From: an uncultured Rhizobiaceae bacterium
GTDB taxonomy: Bacteria; Pseudomonadota; Alphaproteobacteria; Rhizobiales; Aestuariivirgaceae
NCBI GenBank assembly: GCA_964568825.1
Contig: CAZMSA010000001.1
Location: 1,945-65,944, forward strand
Reading direction: 5' to 3'
Length of the DNA stretch: 64,000 nucleotides
Part shown: positions 10,077 through 18,195 of the stretch, piece by piece
Layout: each line of letters begins with the position of its first letter
Numbering within the stretch: position 1 is the first letter of the stretch
Notes under the pieces: model-generated
Told to the model about the DNA's origin: nothing
The model's input: the letters and a program-made list of their open reading frames with translations, nothing else
Databases searched by the model: none
Program-made: the position numbers and the translations under genes

Positions 10077-11423
10077 TCACAACCATTCGTCCCTCACTCC
10101 GAAGCCGGCATAGGCGGCCTTGAGATAGTGGCGCCGCAGGCCGGGCAGCGGAAAGCGCGGTGGAGCCTGCCGCACGATGCCCGGAATGGCTTCGGCCGCG
10201 CCGTCGGCGCCCGCCATCAGGTCGGCAATCAGCCGCCCGGCATAGCTTGCCATGGCGACGCCGTTGCCGTGCCAGGCAAGCGTCGCATAGCCACCGGGTA
10301 TCTGATCGATCTCGCCGACGAACGGCACCAGCCGCCGTGCCAGGCACACAAAGCCCGCCCACGCCCGTTCAGTCTCGACCGCCGCCCAGGCCGGAAACAT
10401 CGTTTCGAACGTCGCCCTGAGCGCCCGGGTGATGGCATCGAGACCCGACGGCGAAGCATCGGTGCCGCCACGCCCGCCGAACATGAAGCGATTGTCCGGT
10501 AGCAGGCGGAAATAGTGTAAGAGGTCGCGGGTGTCATAGGCCATGTCATGGCTGGTCCAGCCTTGCGCCAGACGCTCTTCCTGGCTCAAGGGACGGGTGA
10601 CGATGATCCGTGACAACGTCGGCAGCAGCCGCCCGCCCACCCATGCCGGCACCTCCTCGTCGCTATAGCCGTTGGTGGCCACAAGCACCTTTTTCGCCCA
10701 CACCTCACCGCCCGGCGTCGTCAGGACATTGAGTCCGGCTTCGTGCCGCCAGCCGGTGACCGGCGAATTTCCATGCACGCTGACCCCAAGGTCGATCACC
10801 ACCCGCGCCAGCCCCAGCACATAGCGCAGCGGATGCAGGCCGAAGCCGACCGGGCTCCACAAGCCGCCATGGAACTGCGGCCCCGCCAGCCCCCGCGCCT
10901 CAAGCTCGGAACGATCCGCCAGCATCATGTCGAGGCCGAAAGTCGCTGCCATGAAGTCGCGCTCTGCCTTGAGGCCCTGCATGCGGTTGGCGCGGTGGGC
11001 CAGCGCCCAGTCACCCGCCCCCGAACGCTCGGCATCGATGCCGTGCTCGCTCAGCAGCGCCCCTACATGCTCCACCGATTCAGCCTGCGCGGTGTAGAAC
11101 CGGCGCGCTTCCTCCAGCCCGTAGCGGGCGATCATGTCGCCATAGGAGAGTTTTGAGGAACCCGCGCAGCAAAAGCCTCCGTTGCGCCCCGAGGCGCCCC
11201 ATCCGGGACGCGCCGCATCCAGCACCAGCGGCTTGATGCCGTGCGCGGTTGCCAGCCGCAGCGCCGCGTTGAGCCCGGCAAAGCCCGCGCCGATGATCGC
11301 GACATCCGCCGTCGCCGACCCGTCGAGACGCGGACATTCCCGCTGCAGCGGCGGCGCGGTGGCCTGCCAGTGACTGTCGACGGGGGTGGAGAAATCGAAG
11401 GCTGAAGGATGATAGAGGCGCAT
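10077..11423 (-). CDS. FAD-dependent oxidoreductase (DAO family, gamma-glutamylputrescine-oxidase-like)
   Basis: The dinucleotide-binding motif DVAIIGAGFAGLNAALRLA is present and the length is about 450 aa. The start is at MRLYHPS. Confidence 0.75.
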   Translation of the reverse strand: MRLYHPSAFDFSTPVDSHWQATAPPLQRECPRLDGSATADVAIIGAGFAGLNAALRLATAHGIKPLVLDAARPGWGASGRNGGFCCAGSSKLSYGDMIARYGLEEARRFYTAQAESVEHVGALLSEHGIDAERSGAGDWALAHRANRMQGLKAERDFMAATFGLDMMLADRSELEARGLAGPQFHGGLWSPVGFGLHPLRYVLGLARVVIDLGVSVHGNSPVTGWRHEAGLNVLTTPGGEVWAKKVLVATNGYSDEEVPAWVGGRLLPTLSRIIVTRPLSQEERLAQGWTSHDMAYDTRDLLHYFRLLPDNRFMFGGRGGTDASPSGLDAITRALRATFETMFPAWAAVETERAWAGFVCLARRLVPFVGEIDQIPGGYATLAWHGNGVAMASYAGRLIADLMAGADGAAEAIPGIVRQAPPRFPLPGLRRHYLKAAYAGFGVRDEWL

Positions 11424-11557
11424 GCCGGCATCTCTCGTCCACCGCAACCGCCAACGTCAAGGCCAAAGCGCAACCGAACCGCCACTCAAGGCGTTGCGGC
11501 GCCCCCCCGACTTGTGGCCTAATCTGTGGCGAGAGAGAGCGGGAGATTATTTCCACC

Positions 11558-12850
11558 ATGAGCCAGAAGACCATTGCCTTCTTCCCCGAAGCCGCCTTCG
11601 GGCCGGCGCTGAATTCCGTTGGCATCGCCCAGGCGGCTGAAGAGCTCGGCCACAAGGCGGTGTTCCTGTCAGATCCCGGTTTCCTCGACGTCTACAAGGG
11701 CTATGGATTTCCGGTCCGCGCCGTCAACATGTCCGAACCCATGCCGCCCGAGGAAATGGCAAAATTCTGGGCCGACTTCATCAACGGCCACATACCCAAC
11801 TTCAACAAGACGCCCTACGAGCAGATCGACACTTACGTGCGCGACTGCTGGGAAGTCATCGTCTCCACCGCCGAATGGGCAGAAAAGGAACTGCCCGGCG
11901 TCCTTGCCGAGGTCAAGCCCGACGTCGTTTGCGTCGATAATGTGATCCTGTTTCCGGCCATCAAGCGCTATTCGCGTGAGACCGGAAAGCCCTGGGTTCG
12001 CATCATCTCGTGTTCGGAAAACGAGATCCCCGATCCCGACATCCCGCCGCATCTCTCCGGTTGCGGGGAAAACGACAAGGCCTGCTTTGAAGCCTTCGAG
12101 ACCCATTTCAACGAAGTGGTGAAGCCAATCCACGACGGCTTCAACGGCTTCCTCATCACCACCGGCGAGGACCCCTATCCGACAGGACAGTTCTTCGAGG
12201 CCTCGCCCTTCCTCAACCTGCTGCTGTATCCCGAACCCGTCGCCTTCAAGCGCCGCCACCCGCTCGATCCGGTAAGGTTCCAGTATCTGGAGGGTTGCGT
12301 GCGCGACGAGGCCCCCTATGAAATTCCCAAATTTGCCGACAACCAGGACAAGCCCCTCATCTATGTGAGCTTCGGCAGCCTCGGCACTGGCGATACCGCG
12401 ACGCTCAAGCGGCTGGTGGCGGCGCTGGGCAAGATGCCGGTCCGCGTCCTCATCAATCTCGGCGAAGGCCTCGCGGACTATGGCACCCTCCCCGCCAACG
12501 TGCACGCTGCAAGCTGGTTCCCGCAACCCTCGGTGATCGCCCAATGCGACGCGGTGATCCACCACGGCGGCAACAACTCGTTCAACGAGTGCCTGTATTT
12601 CGGCAAGCCGGCGATCATCATGCCTTATGTGTGGGACGGCCACGACAACGCCACGCGGGTCGCCGAGACCGACCATGGCATCAAGATGCATCGCGGCGAC
12701 TGGACCGACGCCGGCCTGTGGGCCGCCATCGAGACGCTTTTGACCGACAAGGCAATGAAGCGGAAACTTGAGCGAACCTCCCGCCACATGCAATCCCGCC
12801 ACGGCCCCACCAAGGCGGCAACCCTCCTCGATGACCTCCTGAAACGGTGA
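11558..12850 (+). CDS. GT1-family UDP-glycosyltransferase (UGT/MGT-like)
   Basis: It has a GT-B layout and a C-terminal nucleotide-sugar motif WFPQPSVIAQCDAVIHHGGNNSFNECLYFGKPAIIMP. Confidence 0.8.
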   Translation: MSQKTIAFFPEAAFGPALNSVGIAQAAEELGHKAVFLSDPGFLDVYKGYGFPVRAVNMSEPMPPEEMAKFWADFINGHIPNFNKTPYEQIDTYVRDCWEVIVSTAEWAEKELPGVLAEVKPDVVCVDNVILFPAIKRYSRETGKPWVRIISCSENEIPDPDIPPHLSGCGENDKACFEAFETHFNEVVKPIHDGFNGFLITTGEDPYPTGQFFEASPFLNLLLYPEPVAFKRRHPLDPVRFQYLEGCVRDEAPYEIPKFADNQDKPLIYVSFGSLGTGDTATLKRLVAALGKMPVRVLINLGEGLADYGTLPANVHAASWFPQPSVIAQCDAVIHHGGNNSFNECLYFGKPAIIMPYVWDGHDNATRVAETDHGIKMHRGDWTDAGLWAAIETLLTDKAMKRKLERTSRHMQSRHGPTKAATLLDDLLKR

Positions 12851-13222
12851 ATGAAGATGCAAGCCGCCTTTTCCAGTTCCGCCCCCCATCTCGTCCCGGC
12901 GCGCAAGTACGACCACGACCTCAAGGACTGGGGCATCATCCCCACCATGATCGAGGGACACTCGCGCACCTCCGGCGTCATGCTGTCGTGCAATGCCGAT
13001 GGCTCCTCCGAGGTAGGCATCTGGGTGTGCACGCCAGGCTTCTGGGACTGCCACGTGACATCCGACGAGTTCTGCCATTTCCTTGAGGGCCACTGCACCT
13101 ACACCCACGAGACGGGCGAGGTGATCGAGATCGTCCCCGACACCATCGCGTTCTTTCCCAAGGACTGGAAGGGCACTTGCCGGGTGCATGAAACGGTGCG
13201 CAAGGTCTACATGATCCGTTGA
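12851..13222 (+). CDS. small cupin domain protein (DUF861/cupin_3-like)
   Basis: This 123-aa protein has the cupin core GIWVCTPGFW...DEFCHFLEGHCTYTHETGEVIEI. Its start abuts the GT1 stop. Confidence 0.65.
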   Translation: MKMQAAFSSSAPHLVPARKYDHDLKDWGIIPTMIEGHSRTSGVMLSCNADGSSEVGIWVCTPGFWDCHVTSDEFCHFLEGHCTYTHETGEVIEIVPDTIAFFPKDWKGTCRVHETVRKVYMIR

Positions 13223-13255
13223 GCGGAAATTTATGTCAGCAAAGGACTTGCTCCC

Positions 13256-14155
13256 ATGTCTTCATCCGATGTCGCGTGGCCGAAGAAGACCCGCGAGTTC
13301 CAGAACCATCATATGGATTCAACCTTCTGGAACGATTTTCCGTTCCGCGATGACGACATCATCATCGCCACCTACGGCAAATCCGGCACCACCTGGCTGC
13401 AGCAGATCGTCGCCCAGTTGATCTTCGACGGCGCCGAGGGATTGCCGGTGGCCGAGATGTCGCCGTGGCTCGACCTCAGGGTGCCGCCCAAGGAGGTAAA
13501 GCTGCCGGCGGTGGAGGCGCAAGACCACAGGCGTTTCCTCAAGACCCACCTGCCGGTCGATGCGCTGGTGTTCTCGCCCAAGGCCAAATACATCTACATC
13601 GCCCGCGACGGCCGCGACGTGATCTGGTCCATGTACAACCACCACGCCACCGCCAACGACATGTGGTACGACGCGCTCAACAACACGCCCGGCCGCATCG
13701 GCCCGCCGATCGAGCCGCCGCCTGCCTCTATCCGCCAGTATTTCAACGAATGGCTCGAAGGCAACGGCTATCCGTTCTGGCCGTTCTGGGAAAACATCAG
13801 GTCGTGGTGGGAGATCCGCGATCTGCCGAATGTCAAGCTGCTGCACTTCGCCGACCTCAAGGCCGACATGCCGGGCCAGATCCGCCGCCTCGCCGAATTT
13901 CTTGACATCCCCGTCCACGAAACAACATGGCCGGCCATCCTGGAGCATTGCAGCTTTACTTACATGAAGGCCCATGCCAGCGAAAGCGTGCCCTTGGGCG
14001 GCGCCTTGTGGGAGGGCGGCGCCGAAACCTTCATGCACAAGGGCACCAACGGGCGCTGGCGCGACACCCTCAACGCCGACGAGATCGCCGCCTACAAGAA
14101 AACGGCGCTCGCCGAACTGGGCCCCGAATGCGCCCGCTGGCTGGCTGGAGCTTGA
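13256..14155 (+). CDS. PAPS-dependent sulfotransferase (eukaryote-like Sulfotransfer_1 type)
   Basis: The 5'-PSB motif YGKSGTTWLQQIV, the 3'-PB region IARDGRDVIWSMYNH and the C-terminal HKGTNGRWRDTL motif are present. Confidence 0.8.
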   Translation: MSSSDVAWPKKTREFQNHHMDSTFWNDFPFRDDDIIIATYGKSGTTWLQQIVAQLIFDGAEGLPVAEMSPWLDLRVPPKEVKLPAVEAQDHRRFLKTHLPVDALVFSPKAKYIYIARDGRDVIWSMYNHHATANDMWYDALNNTPGRIGPPIEPPPASIRQYFNEWLEGNGYPFWPFWENIRSWWEIRDLPNVKLLHFADLKADMPGQIRRLAEFLDIPVHETTWPAILEHCSFTYMKAHASESVPLGGALWEGGAETFMHKGTNGRWRDTLNADEIAAYKKTALAELGPECARWLAGA

Positions 14156-14257
14156 TGCCGAAAAGTGGGTGCCACTTTTCGGATAACATCATGCTCTGTC
14201 TTATTGGAATCGATCAGGATGATTCTGGATCGACTCGACCCAGAATTATCCTGATCC
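14155..14257 (+). repeat. about 105-bp structured intergenic repeat, copy A (inverted partner at 45294-45399)
   Basis: It contains hairpin 1, CGAAAAGTGG-gtg-CCACTTTTCG. This is followed by the conserved core GGATAACATCATGCTCTGTCTTATTGGAATCGATCAGG and a long second hairpin, GATCAGGATGATTCTGG...CCAGAATTATCCTGATC. Confidence 0.85.
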
Positions 14258-14270
14258 AACGGCGCTGCGG

Positions 14271-14727
14271 TCAAGGCCTGAGGATCACCCAGCCCTTTTC
14301 GGCCAGTTCCATCAGCCTCACGGCGCCCGACGGCACCACGACGGCGTTGGAGACCAGCGGCGGCACCTTGCCTTCCTTCTTGGCCATGCCCTGAAGGGTG
14401 TTGTTGCAGGCATTGAACACCACATTGGGCATCCGACTTGGCAAAGCCCAGGACCCGCTCCTTCACCGGCGAGGTGTCCTCACGCAGCATGTGCAGGCCC
14501 TGATTGAAGGCCACCACCTGGATCTGCACCGCTTCTCCGAGTTCCGCGTAGTGGCGCGACACGTTGGCCGCCACATTGAGCACGGTGTTCATCTTCTGCG
14601 GGTCCTTGTCGGAGATCTGCAACGCCAGGCGATGGACCTCACCCGCCATCGCCGGGCTCACGGCCGCCATTACCACCCACAGCGCCACCAGCAGCGCACC
14701 CGGAAAAATCCTCGCCCATCCGCTCAC
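14271..14727 (-). pseudogene. DsrE/DsrF-like family protein, interrupted by a +1 frameshift near 14433
   Basis: A GTG start at 14727 follows GGAAGGGAG, and there is a signal peptide. The family-like sequence runs up to ...RVLGFAKS. The natural continuation, MPNVVFNACNNTLQGMAKKEGKVPPLVSNAVVVPSGAVRLMELAEKGWVILRP-stop (14271), is in another frame. The in-frame read-through becomes an Arg/Gly-rich nonsense tail. Confidence 0.65.
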
Positions 14728-14833
14728 GTCGTTCTCCCTTCCTGTTACCCAGCCTTGCGCAACGGCGCATCGCCGCCGCCGGATGCCGGTTGCATGCAAG
14801 ATTTATATATATTGAAACTGCTCGTAAGGACTG

Positions 14834-14866
14834 AAAAAGCCGCGCCCGGCCGGCCAACCGGGCGCA
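14834..14866 (-). terminator. rho-independent terminator closing the caspase operon
   Basis: On the minus strand the stem GCGCCCGG-(8 nt)-CCGGGCGC is followed by GGCTTTTTC. It lies 11 nt after the OmpA-like stop codon. Confidence 0.75.
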
Positions 14867-14876
14867 TGATCTAGGG

Positions 14877-15791
14877 CTATTCGGTCTTGTACTCTACCCG
14901 CCGCGACATGGCGTCGAGTTGGTCCTGGGTGTAGCGCGAGGGATCGTCGGCCTGGAACGGCTCTTCTTCGCCGCGCCCGACGACATCGACCTTGCCGGCA
15001 TAATTATTGGCCAGCAGGTAATCGCGCACCGCCGCCGCCCGGCGGATCGACAGTTGCATGTTGTAAGCGGCCGGCCCCTTGGAATCGGTGTGGCCGATGA
15101 GCACCACATGGTCATAGCCGCCGGCCTGCAGATAGCTCAGGATTTCCTTGGCGGCGGCGATGCCGTCGGGCGTCAGGTCGGCGGAATCGAAGGCAAAGCG
15201 GATCGGCACCGGCACCGCCTCGGCGGTAAAGTTGCGGAATTTCGGCGACGCCAGTCCCGACGGCACGCCGCGGGTGGAGCGGCTGGCGATGAAGGCGGGC
15301 GCCAACGCCCGGGCCTCGATGGCGCGCTTGTAGGCGTGGCGCTCCATGTCGGCCGGTGGCTTGGTGGGATTGGCCGTTTCGTCGCGCATGTCGTCGAGTG
15401 TCGTCTCGTAGGCCCTGAAGGCCTTGGCATAGTCCTTTGCGTCGAAGTAGCTGTCGCCCAGGGTGATCATCACCTGCCACGGCTTGGCCAGCGCCGCCAC
15501 CGCCTCGATCTCGGCCGACGACGGGTTCGGGTTGGCGGTGACCAGATGGCGAAAGGCGCTGAGCGCCAGCACCCGCGCCAGGTTGCCGCGATAGATCGCA
15601 TCGCAACTGCTGTCGCTGCGGGCCTCGGCCAAGAGGCCGGAATACTTCGCCACCGCACCCGATTGCATCGCCTGCCGCGCTGCCGTGTCGATCGCCTTGC
15701 AATCGGCCCGGGCGGGCTGGGCGACAGCGAGTGCCGCCAGCAGCAACGCCGCCGGCAGCAACCCTATTGCAACACGCAGCTTCATCGTCAC
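14877..15791 (-). CDS. exported OmpA_C-domain (peptidoglycan-binding) protein with a helical/TPR-like N-domain
   Basis: It has a signal peptide LLPAALLLAALAVAQPARA and the OmpA_C motif VVLIGHTDSKGPAAYNMQLSIRRAAAVRDYL. A GTG at 15791 overlaps the upstream stop (GTGA); the alternative start is ATG at 15785. Confidence 0.85.
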   Translation of the reverse strand: MTMKLRVAIGLLPAALLLAALAVAQPARADCKAIDTAARQAMQSGAVAKYSGLLAEARSDSSCDAIYRGNLARVLALSAFRHLVTANPNPSSAEIEAVAALAKPWQVMITLGDSYFDAKDYAKAFRAYETTLDDMRDETANPTKPPADMERHAYKRAIEARALAPAFIASRSTRGVPSGLASPKFRNFTAEAVPVPIRFAFDSADLTPDGIAAAKEILSYLQAGGYDHVVLIGHTDSKGPAAYNMQLSIRRAAAVRDYLLANNYAGKVDVVGRGEEEPFQADDPSRYTQDQLDAMSRRVEYKTE

Positions 15792-18130
15792 TGCCCCGTC
15801 ACGGTCAGCTTGATGGCCACGCGCGCCACCCCGGAGTGCACCGGCACATCGGAGACCTTGGTGACCGGCGTGGCCTTTACCTGCTTGGCTTCCACCGAGA
15901 TCGCCCGGGTGACGAAGGAGTTGTAGTTGCCCAGGTCGGTAAAGTTCTTCTCCTTGAAGTGATGCACGATGGTGTCAACGGCGCTCGCCTTGGCATTGCA
16001 CAGGGCGATGACCGTTTCCGTGCCGATGTCCTTGAGGCGGAACTGGAACGGCGCATCGGGCCGTGGATACTCGAACGCCTGGTTGGCCTTGATCAAGGTG
16101 TCGTTCTCGAACTTGTTCGGGAACAGCACCGTGCCGGTTCCCTTGTCGTCCACATCGACCAGCGTGAGATGGCAATCGGTGTCGGACTGCACGATGAACA
16201 CCGGCAGTTCGTTCTGGTGGTAGGTGGTCTTGGTGGAGAACAACGACAGGTGGATATCGCCGTCGATCTTGGTATCGGCCGTGTTCACCTTGGCGATGGT
16301 GATGGGCTGATCGTACTGGTTGAACAGCGATTCGCTGTCGGTCAGTTCCGAGATCAGCTTGGGGAACTGAGCCTCGAAGTTGTCACGCGGCACCACCGAC
16401 TGCTGCAACCGGTCGAGCAGGTTGCGGGCATCGCCGCCGCGCTCGCCGGCCACCTTCTCGAAATCATCGAGCTTCATGCCGAAATCGGCGGCGGCGAGAT
16501 TGAGATCGACGTCCTTTTCATACTTGTTCGACAAGGCGTTGATCATCTCGATGCCGTCGAGCTTCAGCGAAGGATCGAGCCCGGCGCGCCGCATGGCATC
16601 ATCGAAGCGCGCGGTGTCGTCGGCGAGGTACTTGTCAACCACCTGGTGCGGCGGATACAGCGCCTCGACCGCCTTGCGGACGTCCCTGGGGAAGTTGACG
16701 TCGTGGATTACATGCTCGCGGATGTCGTCATGCGCCCGGCGGAAGCCGTGGTCGTGGCAACCGAAGCACGAGATGGCGTTGGCCACCGCCAGGTCCTTGC
16801 GGTCCTTGTCGCGAACGATACTGGTCGGGCCCTTGTCGAGCCGCTCACCGCTGGCCTTGTTGAGGTAATAGCCGTTGAGGCCGTTGGGCAGCGTGAACAC
16901 CGTCTCGCCGCCCTGTTCCTGGAAGCCGTCCTCGCCGCCCGGGCCCAACGGGTGTTCGAACAGGCTCTGCACCCCGACGTTGCCGGAGAAGTCATAGGAC
17001 GTCCAGAACACGCCGGTGGAAATGGTGTGGCGCTCGATCAGCCGGTTGTTCTCGCTGACCAGCGACTTCTGGAAGCCGGAACGCACGGCGACGAAATTCC
17101 TGATATCCTTCTCGACATCGACGCCGATCTGCTGCTGCAGCGCCTGGAAGGTCTTCGGCAGCTTCAGGAGGTCGTAATATAGAGGCGGCCGCGAGGCGGT
17201 GAAGGCGAACCAGTCGCCGCGCACATACGGCACCTTGGTATTGAGCTGCGTGGTGACGAAATCGTACTGCCTGGCGTCCGGCTTGACCGCGTACGGGTAG
17301 ACCTGGGCGATGCGGTCCCAGTCCTCGGGCGTCCATTTGACGTCGTCGAGGTTGAAACGGATGATCGTCTGCGCCGGATCGATGGTCTCCAGCTTCACCA
17401 GGTCGGAATTGCGGCTGAGGCTGTTCAGCAGCTTGATCGTGCCCTGGCGATAAACCTTCATCTCCTCGTTGCTGGAGCAGGCATTGTAGAGATTGGTGAG
17501 CAAGATGTAGCGGGTGCCGGCGACGCGGTAATCCTGCAGATGGTTGAGGTCGGCGCTCACCATGTTCAGCACATCATCATTGCTGATGAAGGTGTGGCTG
17601 GCGCACGCCGCGGCTCGTTGATCGCCCAGCGAGGATATCCAGTTGCGGATGGCGGCGACCTCGGATTGGGTCGGCGGATCGATGGATGTGTTGTGATCCT
17701 GATAGTAGTCGTAGGGCATGTTCTTGTTGAGAATCGTCTGCACCAGCTTGGAGCCGTCCGGGTTGCCGGGGATCACCAGGCTGGGGTCCCTGGCCATCTG
17801 GTCCATGTACAAGACGTTGCCGAAGCCGTGCGCCGGCTTCACACGGCCGTCCAGCATGCCGAACTGATGGCAGCGCGCGCAGTTCCTGTCGAGCGCCTGA
17901 TAGGCGGCGGCCTCGATGGGGTTGGTGGGCTTGGGGATCTTGGCGGCGGCGGCCTCGACGTCCTTTTCGCTGGGCGACAGCAACAAGGCATCGGCGCTCG
18001 CTTGCAGCGTTGTGTCCGGCGTCGGCGAAAGCAGGCTGTTATCCTGCGTCTGCCCGGCCCAGCCGGCGTGACTGGCGACCATCGTCAGACCGATGCCCAA
18101 GGCAATCGCGGTAAAGGTTACTTGTCTCAT
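15788..18130 (-). CDS. exported dihaem c-type cytochrome-like protein with a C-terminal DUF4384-like module
   Basis: It has a signal peptide and two CxxCH motifs, CARCH (17867-17881) and CFGCH (16754-16768). IPGNPDGSKLVQ resembles Planctomycete-type cytochrome c domains. The C-terminus reads DCHLTLVDVDDKGTGTVLFPNKF...GTETVIALC. Confidence 0.7.
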   Translation of the reverse strand: MRQVTFTAIALGIGLTMVASHAGWAGQTQDNSLLSPTPDTTLQASADALLLSPSEKDVEAAAAKIPKPTNPIEAAAYQALDRNCARCHQFGMLDGRVKPAHGFGNVLYMDQMARDPSLVIPGNPDGSKLVQTILNKNMPYDYYQDHNTSIDPPTQSEVAAIRNWISSLGDQRAAACASHTFISNDDVLNMVSADLNHLQDYRVAGTRYILLTNLYNACSSNEEMKVYRQGTIKLLNSLSRNSDLVKLETIDPAQTIIRFNLDDVKWTPEDWDRIAQVYPYAVKPDARQYDFVTTQLNTKVPYVRGDWFAFTASRPPLYYDLLKLPKTFQALQQQIGVDVEKDIRNFVAVRSGFQKSLVSENNRLIERHTISTGVFWTSYDFSGNVGVQSLFEHPLGPGGEDGFQEQGGETVFTLPNGLNGYYLNKASGERLDKGPTSIVRDKDRKDLAVANAISCFGCHDHGFRRAHDDIREHVIHDVNFPRDVRKAVEALYPPHQVVDKYLADDTARFDDAMRRAGLDPSLKLDGIEMINALSNKYEKDVDLNLAAADFGMKLDDFEKVAGERGGDARNLLDRLQQSVVPRDNFEAQFPKLISELTDSESLFNQYDQPITIAKVNTADTKIDGDIHLSLFSTKTTYHQNELPVFIVQSDTDCHLTLVDVDDKGTGTVLFPNKFENDTLIKANQAFEYPRPDAPFQFRLKDIGTETVIALCNAKASAVDTIVHHFKEKNFTDLGNYNSFVTRAISVEAKQVKATPVTKVSDVPVHSGVARVAIKLTVTGQ

Positions 18131-18195
18131 GGCAATAGCCTTCCTGTCGGTTTGCTGGGCGTTCTTATGGGGGCGGTGGGCGTTTTCATGGGTTA

